DNA of 64,000 nt from Williopsis jadinii (GCA_024346625.1 AP024667.1:62001-126000), one strand, 5' to 3'; positions 1 through 11,715 are shown, counted from the stretch's first letter. The notes: generated by a model from the letters alone, not told the origin. A program made the numbers and translations.

Positions 1-2030
1 TCTGTGCCGAATTGGTGCTGCCTGGAGGCCCTGCACATGGACTAATTGAAGAAGGTGACACCTTGATCTCAATCAACGGGCTGGACATTTCCACTTTCAT
101 TACCGTTGATGACATCTTGGACTCCTCCGTGGGTAAGGAGATCGAACTGTGCTTACAGAGAAGTGGCATTGATATTAAAGTCAAGTGTAAAGTTGGCGAC
201 CTGCACGCAATAACCCCAGATAGATACTTAGAAGTTGCGGGTGCTAGTTTCAACGACCTGAGTTATCAAATGGCGAGACTCTATGCTATTCCTGTCCAGG
301 GTGTTTTTGTCAACAACGCTACAGGCTCTTTCTTCTTGAACAGAAATGAGCCCGTGGGTTGGATGCTTGACACGGTGAACGACATCGATATCAAAGACCT
401 GGATCAGTTCATAGACGTTATGAAGCAGATACCTGACAGATCAAGAATCCCAATCACGTTCCGTCATATCTCAGATCTGCACTCAAACTCCATGGCAACA
501 ATCTATGTGGACCGTCATTGGTGCTCGAGTTTCAGACTGACTGTTCGAAATGACAAGACAGGCCTTTGGGACTTCACAGACTTAGGGGACCCTCTGCCAC
601 CTATCCCTCCACAGCCAAAGAGTGTCAAATTTGTCGACATCCCAGTCGACCACCCTGGGTGTGCCAAGTTGAGTAGATCGTTTATGGTGGTGACAACATA
701 TATCCATATCCCTGTGGACTCATTCCCGTCATCGAGAAAGAGAGGATTTGGCGTGGTAATTGATTCTGAGAAGGGATACCTTCTTGTTTCCAGGCTTCAC
801 GTACCACATGACTGTCTCGATATACAAATCACAGTGGCTGAATCTTTGGTAATTCCAGGCACTGTTGTCTTCCTACATCCAACTCAAAACTATGCCATTG
901 TTAAGTACGATCCTTCTTTGATCATTGGAGATGTTAGAACCCCAAAGTTCAGCGATGTTCCTCTGAAGAGGGGTGACAAGTGCACATTCATTGGCTTCAA
1001 TCAAAACTTCAGGGTTGTGTCTACAGAGACAAAGGTTTCTGATATTTCATCTGTGAATGTTCCTAGAAACACCTATTCTCCTCGTTATAGAGGTACGAAT
1101 ATGGAAACTGTGTCTTTGGCTACAAACTTGAGTGATGAGTGTGGATCTGGTGTCATTGCCGATGAAGATGGTACCATTAGGGCGTTTTGGCTATCCTTTT
1201 TGGGTGAATGCCGTGAAGGCCACGATACGATCTATAAAATGGGCATTGATGTCACAGAGGTTAAGCACATTATAGAAAAACTACAAACCACCTCTGATAT
1301 TCCAGTCATCAAGATTGTCGACTCTGAGTTCTATGCCATTTCACTGGACCAAGCCAGAGTTTTAGGTGTATCCGATGAGTGGATCAAGAAGGTTGAAGAC
1401 TCTGGAAGAGATCGCTTCCAATTCATGGCAGTCTCTAGATCCGCAGTCCCTGAGGATCAACACAAACCGGAATTGGAACATCTGGATGTTGTCTTATCTA
1501 TCGACGGCAAGCAAGTTTTCGATCAAAATGATATCAACAGATGTTATGACAAGGATACTCTTACGTTCAAGATTGTCAGAAGAAAGAGAGAGATGGATCT
1601 GGAGGTTTCAACAGCCGAGATCAAGTCTACAGACCATATTGCCATTTGGTCTGGTGTCGTTGTCCAAGCTCCACACCATGCAGTTCGTCAGTCCATGCTG
1701 AATCTCCCATCACAGGTCTATGTTACAGCTAGACCTAAAGGTTCACCAGCAGCTGGTTATGGTATCAACCCAACAAACTTCATCACGCACGTCAACGGTG
1801 TGGCAACGCCAACTGTTGATGACTTTGTGAAAGTTGTTAGAACCATCGGCACCAACACTTACTGCAAGCTGAAACTGGTGTCATTTGATAACGTTCCATT
1901 TGCCATTTCCGTCAAGACCAACTACCACTACTACCCTACGGGCGAGCTTAAGAGAGATCCAGCTACAAACAAGTGGCTCGATATCGAGTACGATGAGAAG
2001 AACGCTGAAACCTCGTTGAAGAAGATATAA
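1..2030 (+). CDS. NMA111: Pro-apoptotic HtrA-family nuclear serine protease Nma111 (5'-truncated by window edge)
   Basis: Long ORF open from the window edge, with PDZ-like and second protease-like segments (FLHPTQNYAIVKYDP, GSPAAGYGI, FITHVNG). Adjacent to a YNL122C-type gene as in S. cerevisiae. Confidence 0.93.
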   Translation, partial: CAELVLPGGPAHGLIEEGDTLISINGLDISTFITVDDILDSSVGKEIELCLQRSGIDIKVKCKVGDLHAITPDRYLEVAGASFNDLSYQMARLYAIPVQGVFVNNATGSFFLNRNEPVGWMLDTVNDIDIKDLDQFIDVMKQIPDRSRIPITFRHISDLHSNSMATIYVDRHWCSSFRLTVRNDKTGLWDFTDLGDPLPPIPPQPKSVKFVDIPVDHPGCAKLSRSFMVVTTYIHIPVDSFPSSRKRGFGVVIDSEKGYLLVSRLHVPHDCLDIQITVAESLVIPGTVVFLHPTQNYAIVKYDPSLIIGDVRTPKFSDVPLKRGDKCTFIGFNQNFRVVSTETKVSDISSVNVPRNTYSPRYRGTNMETVSLATNLSDECGSGVIADEDGTIRAFWLSFLGECREGHDTIYKMGIDVTEVKHIIEKLQTTSDIPVIKIVDSEFYAISLDQARVLGVSDEWIKKVEDSGRDRFQFMAVSRSAVPEDQHKPELEHLDVVLSIDGKQVFDQNDINRCYDKDTLTFKIVRRKREMDLEVSTAEIKSTDHIAIWSGVVVQAPHHAVRQSMLNLPSQVYVTARPKGSPAAGYGINPTNFITHVNGVATPTVDDFVKVVRTIGTNTYCKLKLVSFDNVPFAISVKTNYHYYPTGELKRDPATNKWLDIEYDEKNAETSLKKI

Positions 2031-2156
2031 ACTGGACAAATCATTGGTATATCAACACCTCTCCTTGGTGAAAACTACATCTGTAGTGGTGTAACTATGT
2101 ATAATGAAAAGAACCGTGTTGTAGTTGTTATGTATGTACATGTTGCGGACCCACAT

Positions 2157-2438
2157 TCAGTGGTATGGAAGCAATTTTTTGAGTCTCTTGGTCTGCTCCT
2201 TTGTGCTCATCACTTTAGAACCATCACCTTTCAGAACACCAGAGCTCCAGCCGGTATTACCATGGTTTCTTGCAGCCTGGCCTCTCTTGAAGCCATTGGC
2301 AGTTTTTCTCCATCTCTTTGCAGCACCTTTGTGAGTCTTCATTATCGTTCTAACAAAGATTCCGGCTGGAACCGTTTGCCTTATCACAGAGCTCGAGAAC
2401 TGGATGAAGGGGCGCGAAAGGGAAGTAAGGCCCAACAT
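2157..2438 (-). CDS. MRP35: Mitochondrial ribosomal protein bL35m (YNL122C homolog)
   Basis: Presequence-like N-terminus followed by the L35 signature MKTHKGAAKRWRKT...LKKLLPY. Confidence 0.9.
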   Translation of the reverse strand: MLGLTSLSRPFIQFSSSVIRQTVPAGIFVRTIMKTHKGAAKRWRKTANGFKRGQAARNHGNTGWSSGVLKGDGSKVMSTKEQTKRLKKLLPYH

Positions 2439-2613
2439 GGTTTGATTAGTTCGTAAATGTTAAACCGTTTGAGTATCAATGAAGGAAGTTCCAGAGTTCG
2501 CTTCCTTTTTTTTTCGCCCGACCGACGAACGTTGTTGCCGTATGTGGTAATTTCCTATTTAGGATATTTAGACACATTTTTGGCCATATGATCCACACAT
2601 CACCACTGTATTT

Positions 2614-3216
2614 CTAATCCTCTTCTTCTGAGGATGATGAGTAGCCTGTTACAAGTCCACTTGCTCTGCTTTGCTTGATGTTCACCCCTCGTTGCTCTGA
2701 GTCTTTTTTTGGTGAATTTTGAGCAATACTGTCCTTCTTTTTTGATATCTTCGGTTTCACTGTGACTTTCTTCTTTATAGAGGTGATCTTTGAAAGGTTG
2801 AGCTTTGCAACACTGTTAGATTTGCTTTCCTGTAGTTTGGACTTCTTTAGGCTGGGTTGTTAAGTTAGTACGTTTGATTTTCTTCGCTAGAGCTGTATGC
2901 ACATAGATTCATACCTTTCAAATCGTGAGAGCTCTCCTTCAATCTCACGTTTCTTTGATAATTCTTTCTCCTCTTTCTTCTTCTCCAACTCTTGGTAAAA
3001 CCTGAGCTCCCTCTCGCCGATCTTGTTGAGTTGGTTTCTCTGTTTCACCTTCTCTTGGAATTCCTTTTCCTTGATGATATGGTTTCGTCTCATCTGTTCA
3101 TAGAGTGAGACAGCTTCCTTTTCCTTCTCTTCCGATTCATATTTCGCAGACGCCAGAGCTTCGCTCTGCTCCAGTGCCTTCATATCACTCTTGCCTTCAG
3201 GAATAAATCGAGACAT
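2614..3216 (-). CDS. FYV6: Fyv6/FAM192A-like splicing factor; 2 exons (3216-2915, 2851-2614)
   Basis: N-terminus MSRFI..., SLYEQM, RELRFYQEL as in FAM192A/NIP30. Intron 2914-2852 has GTATGA, TACTAAC (2870-2864) and CAG. Splicing extends the frame to a Lys-rich tail ending GLVTGYSSSSEEED*. Confidence 0.75.
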
Positions 3217-3377
3217 GGCTTCAGTTGGTTCTAATCACATACATTAATCCTAGCATTGTATAGCTTACACACTCATGTCAAAGATGAGACAATCCAAGAA
3301 AGTTGTGATGTTCGGGTTAGTTGGTGTTTGGGTTTTAGGTGTTCAGGTGTTATATGACACAAAATAAGAGTAGACAT

Positions 3378-4667
3378 TTATTCCTCATCTATGATAAACT
3401 CGCTTAAAATGGCCTCAACCTCGTGTTTCGCATCTCTTCTTACAGGCCATTCGATCTTACCCTGTTTGAATCCACCCACTGTAACGGCACATCCATAACA
3501 GAGGTCAATTTCGTTGGTTGATGCAGATTCTTGGTCAGTTATCCCAGTCTGTGTGTTCATATCTAACCACTCTCTCAATGACTCCTTCTCAACCTCGGTC
3601 TCCGGTGGTAGGTTACTATGATGTGTGATGTTCTTTAGCCAATTCATTGGATCGTTGTATATCTTCCCATTACAAATGGAACAGACTTTACCATCAAAGT
3701 TTCTAGGCTCTCCCAGCTTAGCACCGGTCTTCACCACGGTTGACACAATATTATCATCTGAGCTATCAACAGTTTTGAAGTAATTTTCCACAACCTCGTT
3801 TATGGTTTTTTGTTTATTCATCATTCTTTCCGGTGAATCTGATGGCACTAGTAAGAACTCCTCTAAACCTTTCATTTGGACAAACTTCTCAATTTCACCT
3901 AGTGAGCAGTCCCTTAATGGATGTACAACATCAATCTCTGATTCTCCAAAGGGAACCACGCCATCTGTGAGTTGTTTGAAAATCTCCGAGCCACGTCCTT
4001 TAACTGTCAATGCTATGACTTCATCGGCCAAAGAGGTCATGCTATGCGCCCACAAGATGGAAGTCGCACCTTTTGCCACGGCATATCTCTCAATTAGCTG
4101 CTTAACAATAACATCTAGAATATCCTTCTTTGAAGCTCTATTTGGGCATCCTTCGAAGATATCATCCATGGTGACTGAAGAACTGCCTCTTGTTGAGGTC
4201 GATGTGAAGTCCTTGTGAAGAGTCAAGCTAGATACATCTCCCGTATTAAGGATGCTTTCAATGCCCACATCAGTAAAAGTGATCGGATACTTTTCAAGAG
4301 CGTAGTGGTTCTTCAACTTTCTCAAGACTGACCCTACCTCGTTTTGATAATTAATCACTTTAGAATCATTAATGTGTACAACATCAACCTCAAAGCCGAT
4401 TTTGGCCCTAGGATTCTTCGTCTGCTCTTCAAACATCGATATTAATATATCGAGCAACACTAATGAGCTTTTACCGTACGACATAGGTAATATAACTTTC
4501 TCCCTCTTGACATCGTCACTAAACTTGACTTTATACCTATCACTGCCCATGTGCTTCCTCTGCTTACCGCAGATAAACCTTATAAAGCAGTCTTGACAGA
4601 ACAGTTCCCTCCTGGAAAGAACTGTGGCTTCGTTGTCTTTACACCTTGAACATTTGCCTGTATCCAT
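3378..4667 (-). CDS. NCS2: Cytoplasmic tRNA 2-thiolation protein 2
   Basis: CxxC..FCxxCF start, SYGKSSLVLLD, TVKGRG, HPLRD, STVVKTGAKL and LCYGC motifs. Confidence 0.93.
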   Translation of the reverse strand: MDTGKCSRCKDNEATVLSRRELFCQDCFIRFICGKQRKHMGSDRYKVKFSDDVKREKVILPMSYGKSSLVLLDILISMFEEQTKNPRAKIGFEVDVVHINDSKVINYQNEVGSVLRKLKNHYALEKYPITFTDVGIESILNTGDVSSLTLHKDFTSTSTRGSSSVTMDDIFEGCPNRASKKDILDVIVKQLIERYAVAKGATSILWAHSMTSLADEVIALTVKGRGSEIFKQLTDGVVPFGESEIDVVHPLRDCSLGEIEKFVQMKGLEEFLLVPSDSPERMMNKQKTINEVVENYFKTVDSSDDNIVSTVVKTGAKLGEPRNFDGKVCSICNGKIYNDPMNWLKNITHHSNLPPETEVEKESLREWLDMNTQTGITDQESASTNEIDLCYGCAVTVGGFKQGKIEWPVRRDAKHEVEAILSEFIIDEE

Positions 4668-4715
4668 TCTTCTTCAAACCCTCAAGTCCCCATACGTTCC
4701 TGTCTCTTTATAGAA

Positions 4716-4739
4716 GCTCATCGCTGAAAGTTTTTTTTT
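4716..4739. promoter_or_regulatory. PAC element plus RRPE-like tract in the NCS2/COX23 divergent promoter
   Basis: GCTCATCGC (PAC, 4716-4724) directly followed by TGAAAGTTTTT. Confidence 0.6.
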
Positions 4740-4927
4740 GCTCTTTAATTCCACAATCACCGGGGCAACAAGCACACTTTCAAAAGAAAATCAGAAAAGG
4801 GTAAAATGTGGGAAAAAATGTCTCGAAAAAGCGTCTCCGGGAAACGAGACATTAGTGCACCTTAAATCGAGCCGCCCACCCACGTCCTGTCCAAACGCCA
4901 CCTCGATCACGAATCAACGATACCAAC

Positions 4928-5266
4928 ATGTCAGAGAAGACCGAAGATAGAAAATGTGACGCTGACTTCAAGGTGTCAGCGCCAGATGTAACACAGGACA
5001 AGGACAAAGTTGATTTCACCAAGGGATCTGTTGATGAGTTCAAATATTACCCTGATAACCCAACTTCCAACTTCCACAAGGCCAAGTTTGCCGCCAAGGG
5101 GCCCTCCAGATACTACGACCCATGTCAAGAAAGTGCGAACATGAGTATCAAATGTTTGGAGTCGAACAACTATGACAGGGAGATGTGTTATGAATACTTC
5201 AAGGCGTATAGAGAGTGTAAGAAGGAATGGCTAGCACATAGAAGAAAAGAGAATGGCGGCTGGTGA
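4928..5266 (+). CDS. COX23: Twin CX9C mitochondrial IMS protein Cox23
   Basis: YYPDNP...[40 protein letters not shown]. Confidence 0.92.
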   Translation: MSEKTEDRKCDADFKVSAPDVTQDKDKVDFTKGSVDEFKYYPDNPTSNFHKAKFAAKGPSRYYDPCQESANMSIKCLESNNYDREMCYEYFKAYRECKKEWLAHRRKENGGW

Positions 5267-5460
5267 GGAAGCTTCGCCTCATGTAAATAGTTCTGAATGT
5301 ACTGAGTGTTCTGATTATATATCCCAGTCCATTGTATTCATTGTCTTCCCACAGATGCCCGTCTCGCTTTCCCTTTGTCTTCCTTGCTGCTTTTGAGGGG
5401 CCATCTTACAGTTGTGTTATATGTAATATGTATATATACTTCCATCACCTGGTTGGTACT

Positions 5461-7029
5461 TCATTTCATAGAGATACTAGGTGACACATATCTCGCGGTG
5501 TTTGGTATGAACCTCATTACCCTATCCAATGTTGGAACGATCCCCATGGCCGACCGTCTCATGCTCATAGCATCAGAATCACCAGCGGATACAGCCTCCA
5601 AGGTCCCGCATCTTTTATCCAAGCTCATCAACAGTTCTGTATGATCACCGCCCTCCAAAAACACGTGCATGAGCTGATATCTCGATTGCAGCTTAGCAAT
5701 GCATTTCGTACAAGTCATTATCCCCTTGTGCTGCTCCACTGATAACCCTTTGAACGGTTTCAACATTCTCCATTTATACAACTGTCGATTGATGAAGTTG
5801 GAGTACATCACAGAATAATCGTCCTTTCTTGGGATATAGTAATTCCCACTGGACTCTTGTGTATACGTCCCCATAAGTGCATCGAACGAACATGACTTGA
5901 ATCTGAGGTCAAACCTCTCAAAATCAACAACGTTTGCAGTGAACGCCAAAACAGTCGTTGAAGAGTCCAAACGTTTACTCCTCATAGCTGAGGAACCGTA
6001 ATATTTGATCCATTTCTTCAGAGATTGTGTCTCTTTAAACTCCAAGAACCCAGAAACCTGGCATTTTACCAGATCAACGTGGATTATTCCAACAGAGATA
6101 TCCTCGTTGACACAAGTAAAACAAATACCAGCTTTCAGAAACGAATTTGGTGACATTCTAATCTCATCAAACATGAACTCCTCATATGGATCATGTTCCT
6201 TTTCGCCAATAACGGCCCTGAAGCTTCTCTTCTTCGTATTTGAGCTTCTCCATACCCTCTGCTTATCATATTTAACCGCTGCTGCCCGTCTTCGGTATAG
6301 AAAAGTATCCAACGTCTTGCATAGAGGTATACTCTGGAGGTATGAACGATTCTTAGAGGTGCCACATCCAGTTTCAGAGTGGTTAAATATTGACGATTCA
6401 GAGCTGGTCAACAGATCCATCGACACAGCTTCTGAAGACGCAGCGTTTAATGCAGAGAGCAGAGAAGTGCGACCAGGTGAAACTTGATACACATCGTTGC
6501 TTCTATTGCTAGTAGGGTTTGATGTTAAAGAAGCAGCAGTAGATGATGAAGATAAGGCAGCATTTGTTGCACTCCTCTGCGATAGGGCGTATCTTCTCAG
6601 ATAAGAAGACGGTAGGTTGAACCCTGTTTCTGGTCTTGATTCCGCGTCCGGTACAATCAGCCCGGTGTAATGGTCTTCATCTTGCAATTCGGAAGTATTA
6701 TCAAGGTTTGTATTGTCATCGTTTGCACTGTCTTGGCCAAAGTGTTGGGAGCTCGAATTACTGTTTGTGTAGAACCGTCTCACATTGCTTCTTCTGATGT
6801 ATCGGTTGTACTGGCGCCCAACATCGAGCCTTGACCTTCCAGAGGCGGTTGCAGTTATGAGGGGGATCCTCGTATTTATACTGCTATAGAAGTCGTCATC
6901 GAAGTCTTCGTCTTCATCGAACGCTGAGGTTGTGGCATTGACAGAATCATTGTAGACATGACCCGCTTCTTCAAGCTCTCTCCTGTTGCGAGAATCACGC
7001 TCTTGGTCAATATCTATTGGAAGTGGCAT
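5461..7029 (-). CDS. Divergent Gid4/Vid24-like (GID ubiquitin ligase receptor fold) protein with long disordered N-terminus
   Basis: First ATG at 7029 (MPLPID); the track start is TTG. The C-terminal half has spaced motifs resembling the Gid4 domain: SFLKAG, VGIIHVDL..VSGFL, FTANVVDF, W..LKPF, MSLDKRCGTLE. The ORF is secure; the family call is tentative. Confidence 0.55.
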   Translation of the reverse strand: MPLPIDIDQERDSRNRRELEEAGHVYNDSVNATTSAFDEDEDFDDDFYSSINTRIPLITATASGRSRLDVGRQYNRYIRRSNVRRFYTNSNSSSQHFGQDSANDDNTNLDNTSELQDEDHYTGLIVPDAESRPETGFNLPSSYLRRYALSQRSATNAALSSSSTAASLTSNPTSNRSNDVYQVSPGRTSLLSALNAASSEAVSMDLLTSSESSIFNHSETGCGTSKNRSYLQSIPLCKTLDTFLYRRRAAAVKYDKQRVWRSSNTKKRSFRAVIGEKEHDPYEEFMFDEIRMSPNSFLKAGICFTCVNEDISVGIIHVDLVKCQVSGFLEFKETQSLKKWIKYYGSSAMRSKRLDSSTTVLAFTANVVDFERFDLRFKSCSFDALMGTYTQESSGNYYIPRKDDYSVMYSNFINRQLYKWRMLKPFKGLSVEQHKGIMTCTKCIAKLQSRYQLMHVFLEGGDHTELLMSLDKRCGTLEAVSAGDSDAMSMRRSAMGIVPTLDRVMRFIPNTARYVSPSISMK

Positions 7030-8145
7030 CGTATGATCCAATATGATATTTGCTTCCCTCGCTGTCTTTTGGTTCTGTAATTCCTAAAGAACAATCCAAT
7101 ATCAGTACTACCTTAACACCAACCATCTCGTTCAATTGTTCTCATCCTGTTCTGCGCTGTTTTTCAATCCCCCTGAAACCTTGACGCAATACATTTCCCA
7201 ATTCGGACATAATTGTTCGTAATTGTGTTTTTCTTTGAAGGTTTTCGTGTCACAGGACACATTTTCTGTCACCGTGCATATTTTTGCGCAATTGGCGTAA
7301 ACTCATGCCAATTTGAGGTTTTATGCAACGTATGTTTTGCGCAAACTGCGAAAACCTTTGCTCGCCATACTTTGCTAACTAATCACAATAGCAACAGTAG
7401 AGAACAAAGGACAACCGACAAAAGCCTATGTAAGTTATCATCTTTGTACATGACATCACAAAGTAGACAATAGACATTATACAACAGACTCAATACAAAA
7501 CAATACAATTTATCCGAATCGATCGGCTTTTATCCTCCTCAACGTCGTCACAACTAATGATCTTTATGTCGATGACGACATTTTTGGGGCATTAACTCGT
7601 TGATCTCAAAAAGAGCATCTTTCAAGAGATCATCGCTGTAAGACGAGATGAGATAGATCCGTGACTTGCATATGTTCCCGAGTCATTACCGTTAGGGATC
7701 TATATGAATATTGTGTAGAATACGGTTCGCTTAAGACCGATCTATTGAGGGTGTGAGGGTTTAGTAGTTGAATCCAATTGTGAACAATTGCTCATAGTTC
7801 CGGGTATTCATAGACCGTTTAACACCAAACTATCATTGCTTATATACGCCGTGCATTATGACGTATTCGCCGAGTTGGGAACCCAATTACTACAAATATG
7901 TATTACAAGAGATTGAATTGCTGTTTCTGCCGCAAAATTGCTCTTTGTCAAAATCGACGGAGCAAGCAACTCGTCTTAAATTAGCAAAGGTCTTCAAACC
8001 TGAGCACTGAAAATCGCCCCCTTAAACCCAAGGTTGCTATGCCCTGTCTATTCCTCAAGTATATAAGAAACAGTCCGTGCGCTATTTCATCAGTTGGTTC
8101 TTTTTCTTACATCTATCATAACTTAAAACAAATTTACTATTCACA

Positions 8146-8508
8146 ATGGCTGACGCAGGTAGAAAAGACTTTTCCGACAAAATTGCAGAGGGTATTACCC
8201 CAGATTCCCAAAAATCCTACGCTCAGCAAGCAAAGGAGGGGGTGACTGACGGTTTGGACAAGGCAGCCCGTACTTTACAACCAGATAACACCAAGTCCAC
8301 CACTCAACAACTCGGTGACTCGGTGTCCTCCGGTGCTGAAAAGGGCGAGAATGCTGCCCAGGGCTCTGGTAAGAGTTTGGAGCAAACCGCCTCCGAGTAT
8401 CTGGACTCTGCAAAGAAGGCTGTCAACGATGCTGTTGAGTATGTCTCTGCCTCGGTCGGCGGTGCCAGCGAGGGTGCTAAGGACGGTGCTGCTGCTACAA
8501 AGAAGTAA
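8146..8508 (+). CDS. HSP12: 12-kDa heat shock/LEA-like protein
   Basis: MADAGRKDFSDK...TPDSQKSY..QAKE.VTD signature. STRE-like CCCCT (~8018) and TATATAA (~8060) upstream. Confidence 0.93.
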   Translation: MADAGRKDFSDKIAEGITPDSQKSYAQQAKEGVTDGLDKAARTLQPDNTKSTTQQLGDSVSSGAEKGENAAQGSGKSLEQTASEYLDSAKKAVNDAVEYVSASVGGASEGAKDGAAATKK

Positions 8509-8559
8509 ATTGGGCATGTTTATTAAACATTCCTGAACACCAATGACACTCTTCACTAA

Positions 8560-11500
8560 GAATTTTAAATTGAATAACTTTTATCGATACATATAATTGA
8601 TTGACAACCAACGTTCTTTGATTGGACATCGTGGATTGTAAGGCTTTGTTGGAATTCAACAAAATTCGTGAAGCATAATCGCTTCAGAAGCTCTAACTTT
8701 CAAGTCCCATACCCAAGAATCCCTAAGTTCTAAAACTGGAAGAACAAGAACGTTACGGTCTCCCTCGCCTACATCCGAGAAAATCGGGAATGCTTGGTTA
8801 ACGCTCAGACCTGTGTGGACTTTATGGAGTTGAACAGCTGATGTTTGGACGCCTTTGTCTTGATGCACTTCCCCTTTTGGGTTTCCCTTGTGTCCACAGA
8901 TGTCCTCGCATATAACTGTTCAATATCTCCATGAGGCTGGAGTAAGGTTTCCAACAGTCTCTGTTGACATTGTATCGTAAATTATTTAGACAGCTCTTTG
9001 TCATGGTTGTTTGGGCCACGTACGTATTGGCATGGAAAGGTGAGTTCACGCATACGTGCTTTGAACTGCACGATCAAAGCTTGATACGGAATCGCTACAA
9101 TAACGCTACGTTATTCATCCTGTGCATAAGCTATACTTAGTATTCAATGTATATGAACACATACAATTTGTACATAACCATTAAAATACACATTCCCGAA
9201 GTTTGTCAAAGGCTTTTAGGTTCTTATCTTACAGAAATGCAGGCTATAGTCAAAATAATATGAGTCGAGCGTCAGGCTGCAGAATCTCACGTCTCGTTAA
9301 TGTACTGTATTAAGGGAAATTACATACTAAAATAGGGACGACAGGACTAACTGACCTCAAAAGAATAGCACCCAAGAGTCAAGAGAACGCATATTTTAAA
9401 GCCAAAGCTATGTGAGTGTGTGAATATATTTGGACTGACTCCTTTCCAGTAATACACTGCTTCTGCTTAGTGGATCTGTGCTGTTAGGCAGCTAGAATCT
9501 TACAAGTGTCTAATTTGTTCAACTATTCTTATTGATGAACAATGTCATACATTCAGGCAGTACCCAAATAGAGAAACTTTTGCGATTAATAATCAAGGTA
9601 TGCTCATGTATAGATTAATCATTCAGCCGTCAAGTTTGCCGTTCGAAGCGCCGATATAACAGGCGATTCGGTTCAAGATCTTGCGTACGAAACAAATTTA
9701 TCAAAAGCAATAGAGCTGTGTTCCAGGTCTTTCAAGCATTGCTTTCCTGTCTAAATTTAGCCTTTTCTATTTTTCTTCGCGGTTCTTTCTTTGGTTGTAG
9801 TTTCTGCGATACAATTGTTAGAAGGGCCCGAGTTGTTGGTTTTACGAGACCTCAGACAGCCTTGATTATAATATTTCTGGCACTTTGTCATTCAGTGACC
9901 ACCATAAATACATGGTAAAGGTAGGTAATAAGAATATATTGTTACGTACGTCGACTTTGGAAATTCACTATTGGTGCTTGGTTAATCTGATGAAAGAGTT
10001 AACTGAATTCAAGCAGCACGAGACAAATTTAAGCGAACTTAAAGATATTGGACCTTGGAATCACTCAAGTGGGTAATAAGCATCATGTGGTACACATAGA
10101 CATAGCTATTGAACTGGTACTGAGTAAGAATTGATTCTAGGCTTATTCTGATCCTGTGAAAACCAACATATATGCAGTTTACTTAAATATTACGTTAATT
10201 CTGTTACCTGGCGCCAGAGAATTTGTGATATTTACTATTATTTTCTGTCCCCCTTGATTTACTTAACGGGTCGCGACCTTACACATTCGGACGTAGCTGT
10301 GCGATGTTTGACGCATGGAAAGTTAATATTTCTTAATGACAAGAAAAAGATATGTTTACTCTTGCCTATTAACTCTATACCCTCCATGTAATAGTAATCT
10401 TGTTTATGTAATGTCTTGGGCATCCGAGCTTTTGATATGCATGCATATATCTGTCTTGTAACGATAACTTACTGGAATGCTCAAGTTCGTCAAGGCTAAC
10501 TATTTTCTCACGCCTCCAACGCACAGAAAAGTAAAAAAAGAACTTTTGGTCATGTATAGAATATCTTTGCAGTAAAGAAGTTATCAATGGAATGATCCCG
10601 TGACGCCATCAAAATCACACTGCTTCAAGCTCAAAAAGGGATTATTGGTGCCATCACCTGTTTCATAAGCAGGGAGCCTTACTCTCCGTACCGTGGTAAT
10701 AATTAGCATAGAGTATGTCTTCAGTAATGAAAGAAGATGACCAATGTGCCACATCTGGTAGGTTTGCGTTGTCTTTTTTAGCACTTCCCATTACACATGG
10801 CGCTCGGTTCTCGTCTATTGTTCGGAGGTTAGCACTTTGCAATTTCGAAGTTAGAGGTGTACCAAAGATGCATACAGGAAACTCTGTTGTTTCATTTAAA
10901 GTTTTGCATAGTTAGATTTATGTCGTGCAAGGCTCAAAGTTTAAGAAGCGCACTTCCTTCCCCCCCCCCCAAAGCTCGTTTTCCAAACAGTTAGTGCTCG
11001 CTCGTCAATGTGTGCTAACGCTGGTGATCGGGAATGTGCATGCGTCTATCTAGATCGCTTAAGCAGATATTGTTACTGCCTTAACTTTATTTCTTCACAG
11101 TGCATAACCGAGTCTGTGCATGCATAGAAAGAGATTACGGGTCTGTCTTGGGAGAAACATACGTACACTGGGAATATAATTAAAATGTCGAGTAGCTTGG
11201 AATGCTCTAAACTTACGATTAACCATTAATTGATATGTACAATTCTTCTGTTTAGACCACCTCAGGAAAGAAGTAAAATGCCTCAGGCGTAATTTTGTCA
11301 ATGTCCTTTTCTTGCTAGGCACTAATTTTAACTTTAGCCATGTGAATACATGTAAATACGCCTGCAATGTGTCCATATTTTGAAGTGATCCAAAAGAGAT
11401 ATTATCAACACAAAAGAAGAGTAACGGCTTATTACCTCTCTATGGAAACATAGCAGTAATGTCAGCAGGAAAAGAGAGTTAAAGATTCGCCTGCATTCAT

Positions 11501-11715
11501 GTAGTTCTGAGGTGGCCAGCTTCTGCTTTGCATAACACTGGGTAGCGTTACCTCAACCGCTTAGAGCATTTGAAGATAAACATTGAATACATTTACGAAC
11601 ATCCATTTTCAATATACTCTTAGTATAAAAGGATTCATGTTCATTCAATTCGATTCGTTTGATCCCTCCATTTCTCATTTGCAAGTATCAAAAAGCCAAC
11701 TACTTCTATCTTCAG
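8560..11715 (+). promoter_or_regulatory. ~3.1-kb AT-rich upstream region of the adhesin with multiple TEA/Tec1-type sites and a TATA box
   Basis: No credible CDS. CATTCC/GGAATG at 8787, 9191, 10474, 10589, 11031 and 11199. TATAAAA at 11624-11630. Confidence 0.55.

Noticed and set aside
8656..9049. Two adjacent minus-strand ORFs as a transposon or gene remnant
   Set aside because: No recognisable motif, LTR or terminal inverted repeat.
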